Below, in pieces: positions 15,001-30,000 of a DNA stretch of 64,000 nucleotides. The stretch lies in contig OZ059895.1 in the NCBI GenBank assembly GCA_964057225.1, positions 4,464,001 to 4,528,000 on the forward strand. Direction: 5' to 3'. Under the pieces are notes generated by a model. The model saw only the letters and a program-made list of their open reading frames with translations, searched no databases and had not been told where the DNA came from. This DNA comes from Auanema rhodensis (Eukaryota; Animalia; Nematoda). The position numbers and the translations under genes were made by a program. Numbering within the stretch: the stretch's first letter is position 1; the number at the start of each line of letters is the position of its first letter.

Positions 15001-18000
15001 TTTTTCAAGGCAAAGATGATGGACAATGTTATTCAACGAAAAAATCAATTCTTCAGGGTGAAAATCGAGGATATAAGTGTGAACTTATATCAGTTGATAT
15101 CTCGGTGCATTTTCAAGCTAGCGCAAATCTGATAACACAGATCGACGCAGCTTAAAAATCCGCATCGAATGTACTATACTTCATTGAGAAACGCTTAATA
15201 CAAAAATTAGTTATGATCGTTTGAAAAATGATGCATTAGTGTATGTTGAGTTTCCATGTACACTCAACATTGCTTCCAAAAACATTTTGACAAAAATTTT
15301 TTCGAAAAATTTCAAAATAATTTAGCAAAAAGTAGATGTTTTTAGATTCCTTTTTTCAAGGCAAAGATGATGGACAATGTTATTCAACGAAAAAATTAAT
15401 TCTTCAGGGTGAAAATCGAGGATATAAGTGTGAACATATATCAGTTGATATCTCGGTGCATTTTCAAGCTAGCGCAAATCTGATAACACAGATCGACGCA
15501 GCTTAAAAATCCGCATCGAATGCACTATACTTCATTGAGAAACGCTTAATACAAAAATTAGTTATGATTGTTTGAAAAATGATGCATTAGTGTATGTTGA
15601 GTTTCCATGTACACTCAACATTGCTTCCAAAAACATTTTGACAAAAATTTTTTCGAAAAATTTCAAAATAATATAGCAAAAAGTAGATGTTTTTAGATTC
15701 CTTTTTTCAAGGCAAAGACGATGGACAATGTTATTCAACGAAAAAATTAATTCTTCAGGGTGAAAATCGAGGATATAAGTGTGAACTTATATCAGTTGAT
15801 ATCTCGGTGCATTTTCAAGCTAGCGCAAATCTGATAACACAGATCGACGCAGCTTAAAAATCCGCATCGAATGCACTATACTTCATTGAGAAACGCTTAA
15901 TACAAAAATTAGTTATGATCGTTTGAAAAATGATGCATTAGTGTATGTTGAGTTTCCATGTACACTCAACATTGCTTCCAAAAACATTTTGACAAAAATT
16001 TTTTCGAAAAATTTCAAAATAATTTAGCGAAAAGTAGATGTTTTTAGATTCCTTTTTTCAAGGCAAAGATGATGGACAATGTTATTCAACGAAAAAATTA
16101 ATTCTTCAGGGTGAAAATCGAGGATATAAGTGTGGACATATATCAGTTGATATCTCGGTGCATTTTCAAGCTAGCGCAAATCTGATAACACAGATCGACG
16201 CAGCTTAAAAATCCGCATCGAATGCACTATACTACATTGAGAAACGCTTAATACAAAAATTAGTTATGATCGTTTGAAAAATGATTTATTAGTGTATGTT
16301 GAGTTTCCATGTACACTCAACATTGCTTCCAAAAACATTTTGACAAAAATTTTTTCGAAAAATTTCAAAATAATTTAGCAAAAAGTAGATGTTTTTAGAT
16401 TCCTTTTTTCAAGGCAAAGACGATGGACAATGTTATTCAACGAAAAAATTAATTCTTCATTGTGAAAATCGAGGATATAAGTGTGAACTTATATCAGTTG
16501 ATATCTCGGTGCATTTTCAAGCTAGCGCAAATCTGATAACACAGATCGACGCAGCTTAAAAATCCGCATCGAATGCACTATACTTCATTGAGAAACGCTT
16601 AATACAAAAATTAGTTATGATCGTTTGAAAAATGATGCATTAGTGTATGTTGAGTTTCCATGTACACTCAACATTGCTTCCAAAAACATTTTGACAAAAA
16701 TTTTTTCGAAAAATTTCAAAATAATTTAGCGAAAAGTAGATGTTTTTAGATTCCTTTTTTCAAGGCAAAGATGATGGACAATGTTATTCAACGAAAAAAT
16801 TAATTCTTCAGGGTGAAAATCGAGGATATAAGTGTGAACATATATCAGTTGATATCTCGGTGCATTTTCAAGCTAGCGCAAATCTGATAACACAGATCGA
16901 CGCAGCTTAAAAATCCGCATCGAATGCACTATACTTCATTGAGAAACGCTTAATACAAAAATTAGTTATGATCGTTTGAAAAATGATGCATTAGTGTATG
17001 TTGAGTTTCCATGTACACTCAACATTGCTTCCAAAAACATTTTGACAAAAATTTTTTCGAAAAATTTCAAAATAATTTAGCAAAAAGTAGATGTTTTTAG
17101 ATTCCTTTTTTCAGGGCAAAGACGATGGACAATGTTATTCAACGAAAAAATTAATTCTTCAGGGTGAAAATCGAGGATATAAGTGTGAACTTATATCAGT
17201 TGATATCTCGGTGCATTTTCAAGCTAGCGCAAATCTGATAACACATATCGACGCAGCTTAAAAATCCGCATCGAATGCACTATACTTCATTGAGAAACGC
17301 TTAATACAAAAATTAGTTATGATCGTTTGAAAAATGATGCATTAGTGTATGTTGAGTTTCCATGTACACTCAACATTGCTTCCAAAAACATTTTGACAAA
17401 AATTTTTTCGAAAAATTTCAAAATAATTTAGCAAAAAGTAGATGTTTTTAGATTCCTTTTTTCAAGGCAAAAATGATGGACAATGTTATTAAACGAAAAA
17501 ATCAATTCTTCAGGGTGAAAATCGAGGATATAAGTGTGAACTTATATCAGTTGATATCTCGGTGCATTTTCAAGCTAGCGCAAATCTGATAACACAGATT
17601 GACGCAGCTTAAAAATCCGCATCGAATGCACTATACTACATTGAGAAACGCTTAATACAAAAATTAGTTATGATCGTTTGAAAAATGATGCATTAGTGTA
17701 TGTTGAGTTTCCATGTACACTCAACATTGCTTCCAAAAACATTTTGACAAAAATTTTTTCGAAAAATTTCAGAATAATTTAGCAAAAAGTAGATGTTTTT
17801 AGATTCCTTTTTTCAAGGCAAAGACGATGGACAATGTTATTCAACGAAAAAATCAATTCTTCAGGGTGAAAATCGAGGATATAAGTGTGAACTTATATCA
17901 GTTGATATCTCGGTGCATTTTCAAGCTAGCGCAAATCTGATAACACAGATCGACGCAGCTTAAAAATCCGCATCGAATGCACTATACTACATTGAGAAAC

Positions 18001-21000
18001 GCTTAATACAAAAATTAGTTATGATCGTTTGAAAAATGATGCATTAGTGTATGTTGAGTTTCCATGTACACTCAACATTGCTTCCAAAAACATTTTGACA
18101 AAAATTTTTTCGAAAAATTTCAAAATAATTTAGCAAAAAGTAGATGTTTTTAGATTCCTTTTTTCAAGGCAAAGACGATGGACAATGTTATTCAACGAAA
18201 AAATTAATTCTTCAGGGTGAAAATCGAGGATATAAGTGTGAACTTATATCAGTTGATATCTCGGTGCATTTTCAAGCTAGCGCAAATCTGATAACACAGA
18301 TCGACGCAGCTTAAAAATCCGCATCGAATGCACTATACTACATTGAGAAACGCTTAATACAAAAATTAGTTATGATCGTTTGAAAAATGATGCATTAGTG
18401 TATGTTGAGTTTCCATGTACACTCAACATTGCTTCCAAAAACATTTTGACAAAAATTTTTTCGAAAAATTTCAAAATAATTTAGCAAAAAGTAGATGTTT
18501 TTAGATTCCTTTTTTCAAGGCAAAGACGATGGACAATGTTATTCAACGAAAAAATTAATTCTTCAGGGTGAAAATCGAGGATATAAGTGTGAACTTATAT
18601 CAGTTGATATCTCGGTGCATTTTCAAGCTAGCGCAAATCTGATAACACAGATCGACGCAGCTTAAAAATCCGCATCGAATGCACTATACTTCATTGAGAA
18701 ACGCTTAATACAAAAATTAGTTATGATCGTTTGAAAAATGATGCATTAGTGTATGTTGAGTTTCCATGTACACTCAACATTGCTTCCAAAAACATTTTGA
18801 CAAAAATTTTTTCGAAAAATTTCAAAATAATTTAGCGAAAAGAAGATGTTTTTAGATTCCTTTTTTCAAGGCAAAGATGATGGACAATGTTATTCAACGA
18901 AAAAATTAATTCTTCAGGGTGAAAATCGAGGATATAAGTGTGAACATATATCAGTTGATATCTCGGTGCATTTTCAAGCTAGCGCAAATCTGATAACACA
19001 GATCGACGCAGCTTAAAAATCCGCATCGAATGCACTATACTTCATTGAGAAACGCTTAATACAAAAATTAGTTATGATCGTTTGAAAAATGATGCATTAG
19101 TGTATGTTGAGTTTCCATGTACACTCAACATTGCTTCCAAAAACATTTTGACAAAAATTTTTTCGAAAAATTTCAAAATAATTTAGCAAAAAGTAGATGT
19201 TTTTAGATTCCTTTTTTCAAGGCAAAAATGATGGACAATGTTATTAAACGAAAAAATCAATTCTTCAGGGTGAAAATCGAGGATATAAGTGTGAACTTAT
19301 ATCAGTTGATATCTCGGTGCATTTTCAAGCTAGCGCAAATCTGATAACACAGATCGACGCAGCTTAAAAATCCGCATCGAATGCACTATACTACATTGAG
19401 AAACGCTTAATACAAAAATTAGTTATGATCGTTTGAAAAATGATGCATTAGTGTATGTTGAGTTTCCATGTACACTCAACATTGCTTCCAAAAACATTTT
19501 GACAAAAATTTTTTCGAAAAATTTCAGAATAATTTAGCAAAAAGTAGATGTTTTTAGATTCCTTTTTTCAAGGCAAAGACGATGGACAATGTTATTCAAC
19601 GAAAAAATTAATTCTTCAGGGTGAAAATCGAGGATATAAGTGTGAACTTATATCAGTTGATATCTCGGTGCATTTTCAAGCTAGCGCAAATCTGATAACA
19701 CAGATCGACGCAGCTTAAAAATCCGCATCGAATGCACTATACTACATTGAGAAACGCTTAATACAAAAATTAGTTATGATCGTTTGAAAAATGATGCATT
19801 AGTGTATGTTGAGTTTCCATGTACACTCAACATTGCTTCCAAAAACATTTTGACAAAAATTTTTTCGAAAAATTTCAAAATAATTTAGCAAAAAGTAGAT
19901 GTTTTTAGATTCCTTTTTTCAAGGCAAAAATGATGGACAATGTTATTAAACGAAAAAATCAATTCTTCAGGGTGAAAATCGAGGATATAAGTGTGAACTT
20001 ATATCAGTTGATATCTCGGTGCATTTTCAAGCTAGCGCAAATCTGATAACACAGATCGACGCAGCTTAAAAATCCGCATCGAATGCACTATACTACATTG
20101 AGAAACGCTTAATACAAAAATTAGTTATGATCGTTTGAAAAATGATGCATTAGTGTATGTTGAGTTTCCATGTACACTCAACATTGCTTCCAAAAACATT
20201 TTGACAAAAATTTTTTCGAAAAATTTCAAAATAATTTAGCAAAAAGTAGATGTTTTTAGATTCCTTTTTTCAAGGCAAAAATGATGGACAATGTTATTAA
20301 ACGAAAAAATCAATTCTTCAGGGTGAAAATCGAGGATATAAGTGTGAACTTATATCAGTTGATATCTCGGTGCATTTTCAAGCTAGCGCAAATCTGATAA
20401 CACAGATCGACGCAGCTTAAAAATCCGCATCGAATGCACTATACTACATTGAGAAACGCTTAATACAAAAATTAGTTATGATCGTTTGAAAAATGATGCA
20501 TTAGTGTATGTTGAGTTTCCATGTACACTCAACATTGCTTCCAAAAACATTTTGACAAAAATTTTTTCGAAAAATTTCAGAATAATTTAGCAAAAAGTAG
20601 ATGTTTTTAGATTCCTTTTTTCAAGGCAAAGACGATGGACAATGTTATTCAACGAAAAAATTAATTCTTCAGGGTGAAAATCGAGGATATAAGTGTGAAC
20701 TTATATCAGTTGATATCTCGGTGCATTTTCAAGCTAGCGCAAATCTGATAACACAGATCGACGCAGCTTAAAAATCCGCATCGAATGCACTATACTACAT
20801 TGAGAAACGCTTAATACAAAAATTAGTTATGATCGTTTGAAAAATGATGCATTAGTGTATGTTGAGTTTCCATGTACACTCAACATTGCTTCCAAAAACA
20901 TTTTGACAAAAATTTTTTCGAAAAATTTCAAAATAATTTAGCAAAAAGTAGATGTTTTTAGATTCCTTTTTTCAAGGCAAAAATGATGGACAATGTTATT

Positions 21001-24000
21001 AAACGAAAAAATCAATTCTTCAGGGTGAAAATCGAGGATATAAGTGTGAACTTATATCAGTTGATATCTCGGTGCATTTTCAAGCTAGCGCAAATCTGAT
21101 AACACAGATCGACGCAGCTTAAAAATCCGCATCGAATGCACTATACTACATTGAGAAACGCTTAATACAAAAATTAGTTATGATCGTTTGAAAAATGATG
21201 CATTAGTGTATGTTGAGTTTCCATGTACACTCAACATTGCTTCCAAAAACATTTTGACAAAAATTTTTTCGAAAAATTTCAAAATAATTTAGCAAAAAGT
21301 AGATGTTTTTAGATTCCTTTTTTCAAGGCAAAAATGATGGACAATGTTATTAAACGAAAAAATCAATTCTTCAGGGTGAAAATCGAGGATATAAGTGTGA
21401 ACTTATATCAGTTGATATCTCGGTGCATTTTCAAGCTAGCGCAAATCTGATAACACAGATCGACGCAGCTTAAAAATCCGCATCGAATGCACTATACTAC
21501 ATTGAGAAACGCTTAATACAAAAATTAGTTATGATCGTTTGAAAAATGATGCATTAGTGTATGTTGAGTTTCCATGTACACTCAACATTGCTTCCAAAAA
21601 CATTTTGACAAAAATTTTTTCGAAAAATTTCAGAATAATTTAGCAAAAAGTAGATGTTTTTAAATTCCTTTTTTCAAGGCAAAGACGATGGACAATGTTA
21701 TTCAACGAAAAAATCAATTCTTCAGGGTGAAAATCGAGGATATAAGTGTGAACTTATATCAGTTGATATCTCGGTGCATTTTCAAGCTAGCGCAAATCTG
21801 ATAACACAGATCGACGCAGCTTAAAAATCCGCATCGAATGCACTATACTACATTGAGAAACGCTTAATACAAAAATTAGTTATGATCGTTTGAAAAATGA
21901 TGCATTAGTGTATGTTGAGTTTCCATGTACACTCAACATTGCTTCCAAAAACATTTTGACAAAAATTTTTTCGAAAAATTTCAAAATAATTTAGCAAAAA
22001 GTAGATGTTTTTAGATTCCTTTTTTCAAGGCAAAGACGATGGACAATGTTATTCAACGAAAAAATTAATTCTTCAGGGTGAAAATCGAGGATATAAGTGT
22101 GAACTTATATCAGTTGATATCTCGGTGCATTTTCAAGCTAGCGCAAATCTGATAACACAGATCGACGCAGCTTAAAAATCCGCATCGAATGCACTATACT
22201 TCATTGAGAAACGCTTAATACAAAAATTAGTTATGATCGTTTGAAAAATGATGCATTAGTGTATGTTGAGTTTCCATGTACACTCAACATTGCTTCCAAA
22301 AACATTTTGACAAAAATTTTTTCGAAAAATTTCAAGATAATTTAGCAAAAAGTAGATGTTTTTAGATTCCTTTTTTCAAGGCAAAGATGATGGACAATGT
22401 TATTCAACGAAAAAATCAATTCTTCAGGGTGAAAATCGAGGATATAAGTGTGAACTTATATCAGTTGATATCTCGGTGCATTTTCAAGCTAGCGCAAATC
22501 TGATAACACAGATCGACGCAGCTTAAAAATCCGCATCGAATGCACTATACTACATTGAGAAACGCTTAATACAAAAATTAGTTATGATCGTTTGAAAAAT
22601 GATGCATTAGTGTATGTTGAGTTTCCATGTACACTCAACATTGCTTCCAAAAACATTTTGACAAAAATTTTTTCGAAAAATTTCAAAATAATTTAGCAAA
22701 AAGTAGATGTTTTTAGATTCCTTTTTTCAAGGCAAAGACGATGGACAATGTTATTCAACGAAAAAATTAATTCTTCAGGGTGAAAATCGAGGATATAAGT
22801 GTGAACTTATATCAGTTGATATCTCGGTGCATTTTCAAGCTAGCGCAAATCTGATAACACAGATCGACGCAGCTTAAAAATCCGCATCGAATGCACTATA
22901 CTTCATTGAGAAACGCTTAATACAAAAATTAGTTATGATCGTTTGAAAAATGATGCATTAGTGTATGTTGAGTTTCCATGTACACTCAACATTGCTTCCA
23001 AAAACATTTTGACAAAAATTTTTTCGAAAAATTTCAAAATAATTTAGCGAAAAGTAGATGTTTTTAGATTCCTTTTTTCAAGGCAAAGATGATGGACAAT
23101 GTTATTCAACGAAAAAATTAATTCTTCAGGGTGAAAATCGAGGATATAAGTGTGAACATATATCAGTTGATATCTCGGTGCATTTTCAAGCTAGCGCAAA
23201 TCTGATAACACAGATCGACGCAGCTTAAAAATCCGCATCGAATGCACTATACTTCATTGAGAAACGCTTAATACAAAAATTAGTTATGATCGTTTGAAAA
23301 ATGATGCATTAGTGTATGTTGAGTTTCCATGTACACTCAACATTGCTTCCAAAAACATTTTGACAAAAATTTTTTCGAAAAATTTCAAAATAATTTAGCA
23401 AAAAGTAGATGTTTTTAGATTCCTTTTTTCAAGGCAAAGATGATGGACAATGTTATTCAACGAAAAAATCAATTCTTCAGGGTGAAAATCGAGGATATAA
23501 GTGTGAACTTATATCAGTTGATATCTCGGTGCATTTTCAAGCTAGCGCAAATCTGATAACACAGATCGACGCAGCTTAAAAATCCGCATCGAATGCACTA
23601 TACTACATTGAGAAACGCTTAATACAAAAATTAGTTATGATCGTTTGAAAAATGATGCATTAGTGTATGTTGAGTTTCCATGTACACTCAACATTGCTTC
23701 CAAAAACATTTTGACAAAAATTTTTTCGAAAAATTTCAAAATAATTTAGCAAAAAGTAGATGTTTTTAGATTCCTTTTTTCAAGGCAAAGACGATGGACA
23801 ATGTTATTCAACGAAAAAATTAATTCTTCAGGGTGAAAATCGAGGATATAAGTGTGAACTTATATCAGTTGATATCTCGGTGCATTTTCAAGCTAGCGCA
23901 AATCTGATAACACAGATCGACGCAGCTTAAAAATCCGCATCGAATGCACTATACTTCATTGAGAAACGCTTAATACAAAAATTAGTTATGATCGTTTGAA

Positions 24001-27000
24001 AAATGATGCATTAGTGTATGTTGAGTTTCCATGTACACTCAACATTGCTTCCAAAAACATTTTGACAAAAATTTTTTCGAAAAATTTCAAAATAATTTAG
24101 CGAAAAGTAGATGTTTTTAGATTCCTTTTTTCAAGGCAAAGATGATGGACAATGTTATTCAACGAAAAAATTAATTCTTCAGGGTGAAAATCGAGGATAT
24201 AAGTGTGAACATATATCAGTTGATATCTCGGTGCATTTTCAAGCTAGCGCAAATCTGATAACACAGATCGACGCAGCTTAAAAATCCGCATCGAATGCAC
24301 TATACTTCATTGAGAAACGCTTAATACAAAAATTAGTTATGATCGTTTGAAAAATGATGCATTAGTGTATGTTGAGTTTCCATGTACACTCAACATTGCT
24401 TCCAAAAACATTTTGACAAAAATTTTTTCGAAAAATTTCAAAATAATTTAGCAAAAAGTAGATGTTTTTAGATTCCTTTTTTCAAGGCAAAAATGATGGA
24501 CAATGTTATTAAACGAAAAAATCAATTCTTCAGGGTGAAAATCGAGGATATAAGTGTGAACTTATATCAGTTGATATCTCGGTGCATTTTCAAGCTAGCG
24601 CAAATCTGATAACACAGATCGACGCAGCTTAAAAATCCGCATCGAATGCACTATACTACATTGAGAAACGCTTAATACAAAAATTAGTTATGATCGTTTG
24701 AAAAATGATGCATTAGTGTATGTTGAGTTTCCATGTACACTCAACATTGCTTCCAAAAACATTTTGACAAAAATTTTTTCGAAAAATTTCAAAATAATTT
24801 AGCGAAAAGTAGATGTTTTTAGATTCCTTTTTTCAAGGCAAAGATGATGGACAATGTTATTCAACGAAAAAATTAATTCTTCAGGGTGAAAATCGAGGAT
24901 ATAAGTGTGAACATATATCAGTTGATATCTCGGTGCATTTTCAAGCTAGCGCAAATCTGATAACACAGATCGACGCAGCTTAAAAATCCGCATCGAATGC
25001 ACTATACTTCATTGAGAAACGCTTAATACAAAAATTAGTTATGATCGTTTGAAAAATGATGCATTAGTGTATGTTGAGTTTCCATGTACACTCAACATTG
25101 CTTCCAAAAACATTTTGACAAAAATTTTTTCGAAAAATTTCAAAATAATTTAGCAAAAAGTAGATGTTTTTAGATTCCTTTTTTCAAGGCAAAGATGATG
25201 GACAATGTTATTCAACGAAAAAATCAATTCTTCAGGGTGAAAATCGAGGATATAAGTGTGAACTTATATCAGTTGATATCTCGGTGCATTTTCAAGCTAG
25301 CGCAAATCTGATAACACAGATCGACGCAGCTTAAAAATCCGCATCGAATGCACTATACTACATTGAGAAACGCTTAATACAAAAATTAGTTATGATCGTT
25401 TGAAAAATGATGCATTAGTGTATGTTGAGTTTCCATGTACACTCAACATTGCTTCCAAAAACATTTTGACAAAAATTTTTTCGAAAAATTTCAAAATAAT
25501 TTAGCGAAAAGTAGATGTTTTTAGATTCCTTTTTTCAAGGCAAAGATGATGGACAATGTTATTCAACGAAAAAATTAATTCTTCAGGGTGAAAATCGAGG
25601 ATATAAGTGTGAACATATATCAGTTGATATCTCGGTGCATTTTCAAGCTAGCGCAAATCTGATAACACAGATCGACGCAGCTTAAAAATCCGCATCGAAT
25701 GCACTATACTTCATTGAGAAACGCTTAATACAAAAATTAGTTATGATCGTTTGAAAAATGATGCATTAGTGTATGTTGAGTTTCCATGTACACTCAACAT
25801 TGCTTCCAAAAACATTTTGACAAAAATTTTTTCGAAAAATTTCAAAATAATTTAGCAAAAAGTAGATGTTTTTAGATTCCTTTTTTCAAGGCAAAGATGA
25901 TGGACAATGTTATTCAACGAAAAAATCAATTCTTCAGGGTGAAAATCGAGGATATAAGTGTGAACTTATATCAGTTGATATCTCGGTGCATTTTCAAGCT
26001 AGCGCAAATCTGATAACACAGATCGACGCAGCTTAAAAATCCGCATCGAATGCACTATACTACATTGAGAAACGCTTAATACAAAAATTAGTTATGATCG
26101 TTTGAAAAATGATGCATTAGTGTATGTTGAGTTTCCATGTACACTCAACATTGCTTCCAAAAACATTTTGACAAAAATTTTTTCGAAAAATTTCAAAATA
26201 ATTTAGCAAAAAGTAGATGTTTTTAGATTCCTTTTTTCAAGGCAAAGACGATGGACAATGTTATTCAACGAAAAAATTAATTCTTCAGGGTGAAAATCGA
26301 GGATATAAGTGTGAACTTATATCAGTTGATATCTCGGTGCATTTTCAAGCTAGCGCAAATCTGATAACACAGATCGACGCAGCTTAAAAATCCGCATCGA
26401 ATGCACTATACTTCATTGAGAAACGCTTAATACAAAAATTAGTTATGATCGTTTGAAAAATGATGCATTAGTGTATGTTGAGTTTCCATGTACACTCAAC
26501 ATTGCTTCCAAAAACATTTTGACAAAAATTTTTTCGAAAAATTTCAAAATAATTTAGCGAAAAGTAGATGTTTTTAGATTCCTTTTTTCAAGGCAAAGAT
26601 GATGGACAATGTTATTCAACGAAAAAATTAATTCTTCAGGGTGAAAATCGAGGATATAAGTGTGAACATATATCAGTTGATATCTCGGTGCATTTTCAAG
26701 CTAGCGCAAATCTGATAACACAGATCGACGCAGCTTAAAAATCCGCATCGAATGCACTATACTTCATTGAGAAACGCTTAATACAAAAATTAGTTATGAT
26801 CGTTTGAAAAATGATGCATTAGTGTATGTTGAGTTTCCATGTACACTCAACATTGCTTCCAAAAACATTTTGACAAAAATTTTTTCGAAAAATTTCAAAA
26901 TAATTTAGCAAAAAGTAGATGTTTTTAGATTCCTTTTTTCAAGGCAAAAATGATGGACAATGTTATTAAACGAAAAAATCAATTCTTCAGGGTGAAAATC

Positions 27001-30000
27001 GAGGATATAAGTGTGAACTTATATCAGTTGATATCTCGGTGCATTTTCAAGCTAGCGCAAATCTGATAACACAGATCGACGCAGCTTAAAAATCCGCATC
27101 GAATGCACTATACTACATTGAGAAACGCTTAATACAAAAATTAGTTATGATCGTTTGAAAAATGATGCATTAGTGTATGTTGAGTTTCCATGTACACTCA
27201 ACATTGCTTCCAAAAACATTTTGACAAAAATTTTTTCGAAAAATTTCAAAATAATTTAGCAAAAAGTAGATGTTTTTAGATTCCTTTTTTCAAGGCAAAG
27301 ACGATGGACAATGTTATTCAACGAAAAAATTAATTCTTCAGGGTGAAAATCGAGGATATAAGTGTGAACTTATATCAGTTGATATCTCGGTGCATTTTCA
27401 AGCTAGCGCAAATCTGATAACACAGATCGACGCAGCTTAAAAATCCGCATCGAATGCACTATACTTCATTGAGAAACGCTTAATACAAAAATTAGTTATG
27501 ATCGTTTGAAAAATGATGCATTAGTGTATGTTGAGTTTCCATGTACACTCAACATTGCTTCCAAAAACATTTTGACAAAAATTTTTTCGAAAAATTTCAA
27601 AATAATTTAGCGAAAAGTAGATGTTTTTAGATTCCTTTTTTCAAGGCAAAGATGATGGACAATGTTATTCAACGAAAAAATTAATTCTTCAGGGTGAAAA
27701 TCGAGGATATAAGTGTGAACATATATCAGTTGATATCTCGGTGCATTTTCAAGCTAGCGCAAATCTGATAACACAGATCGACGCAGCTTAAAAATCCGCA
27801 TCGAATGCACTATACTTCATTGAGAAACGCTTAATACAAAAATTAGTTATGATCGTTTGAAAAATGATGCATTAGTGTATGTTGAGTTTCCATGTACACT
27901 CAACATTGCTTCCAAAAACATTTTGACAAAAATTTTTTCGAAAAATTTCAAAATAATTTAGCAAAAAGTAGATGTTTTTAGATTCCTTTTTTCAAGGCAA
28001 AAATGATGGACAATGTTATTAAACGAAAAAATCAATTCTTCAGGGTGAAAATCGAGGATATAAGTGTGAACTTATATCAGTTGATATCTCGGTGCATTTT
28101 CAAGCTAGCGCAAATCTGATAACACAGATCGACGCAGCTTAAAAATCCGCATCGAATGCACTATACTACATTGAGAAACGCTTAATACAAAAATTAGTTA
28201 TGATCGTTTGAAAAATGATGCATTAGTGTATGTTGAGTTTCCATGTACACTCAACATTGCTTCCAAAAACATTTTGACAAAAATTTTTTCGAAAAATTTC
28301 AGAATAATTTAGCAAAAAGTAGATGTTTTTAGATTCCTTTTTTCAAGGCAAAGACGATGGACAATGTTATTCAACGAAAAAATTAATTCTTCAGGGTGAA
28401 AATCGAGGATATAAGTGTGAACTTATATCAGTTGATATCTCGGTGCATTTTCAAGCTAGCGCAAATCTGATAACACAGATCGACGCAGCTTAAAAATCCG
28501 CATCGAATGCACTATACTACATTGAGAAACGCTTAATACAAAAATTAGTTATGATCGTTTGAAAAATGATGCATTAGTGTATGTTGAGTTTCCATGTACA
28601 CTCAACATTGCTTCCAAAAACATTTTGACAAAAATTTTTTCGAAAAATTTCAAAATAATTTAGCAAAAAGTAGATGTTTTTAGATTCCTTTTTTCAAGGC
28701 AAAGACGATGGACAATGTTTTTAAACGAAAAAATTAATTCTTCAGTGTGAAAATCGAGGATATAAGTGTGAACTTATATCAGTTGATATCTCGGTGCATT
28801 TTCAAGCTAGCGCAAATCTGATAACACAGATCGACGCAGCTTAAAAATCCGCATCGAATGCACTATACTTCATTGAGAAACGCTTAATACAAAAATTAGT
28901 TATGATCGTTTGAAAAATGATGCATTAGTGTATGTTGAGTTTCCATGTACACTCAACATTGCTTCCAAAAACATTTTGACAAAAATTTTTTCGAAAAATT
29001 TCAAAATAATTTAGCAAAAAGTAGATGTTTTTAGATTCCTTTTTTCAAGGCAAAGACGATGGACAATGTTATTCAACGAAAAAATTAATTCTTCAGTGTG
29101 AAAATCGAGGATATAAGTGTGAACTTATATCAGTTGATATCTCGGTGCATTTTCAAGCTAGCGCAAATCTGATAACACAGATCGACGCAGCTTAAAAATC
29201 CGCATCGAATGCACTATACTTCATTGAGAAACGCTTAATACAAAAATTAGTTATGATTGTTTGAAAAATGATGCATTAGTGTATGTTGAGTTTCCATGTA
29301 CACTCAACATTGCTTCCAAAAACATTTTGACAAAAATTTTTTCGAAAAATTTCAAAACAATATAGCAAAAAGTAGATGTTTTTAGATTCCTTTTTTCAAG
29401 GCAAAGACGATGGACAATGTTATTCAACGAAAAAATTAATTCTTCAGGGTGAAAATCGAGGATATAAGTGTGAACTTATATCAGTTGATATCTCGGTGCA
29501 TTTTTAAGCTAGCGCAAATCTGATAACACAGATCGACGCAGCTTAAAAATCCGCATCGAATGCACTATACTTCATCGAGAAACGCTTAATACAAAAATTA
29601 GTTATGATCGTTTGAAAAATGATGCATTAGTGTATGTTGAGTTTCCATGTACACTCAACATTGCTTCCAAAAACATTTTGACAAAAATTTTTTCGAAAAA
29701 TTTCAAAATAATTTAGCAAAAAGTAGATGTTTTTAGATTCCTTTTTTCAAGGCAAAGACGATGGACAATGTTTTTAAACGAAAAAATTAATTCTTCAGTG
29801 TGAAAATCGAGGATATAAGTGTGAACTTATATCAGTTGATATCTCGGTGCATTTTCAAGCTAGCGCAAATCTGATAACACAGATCGACGCAGCTTAAAAA
29901 TCCGCATCGAATGCACTATACTTCATTGAGAAACGCTTAATACAAAAATTAGTTATGATCGTTTGAAAAATGATGCATTAGTGTATGTTGAGTTTCCATG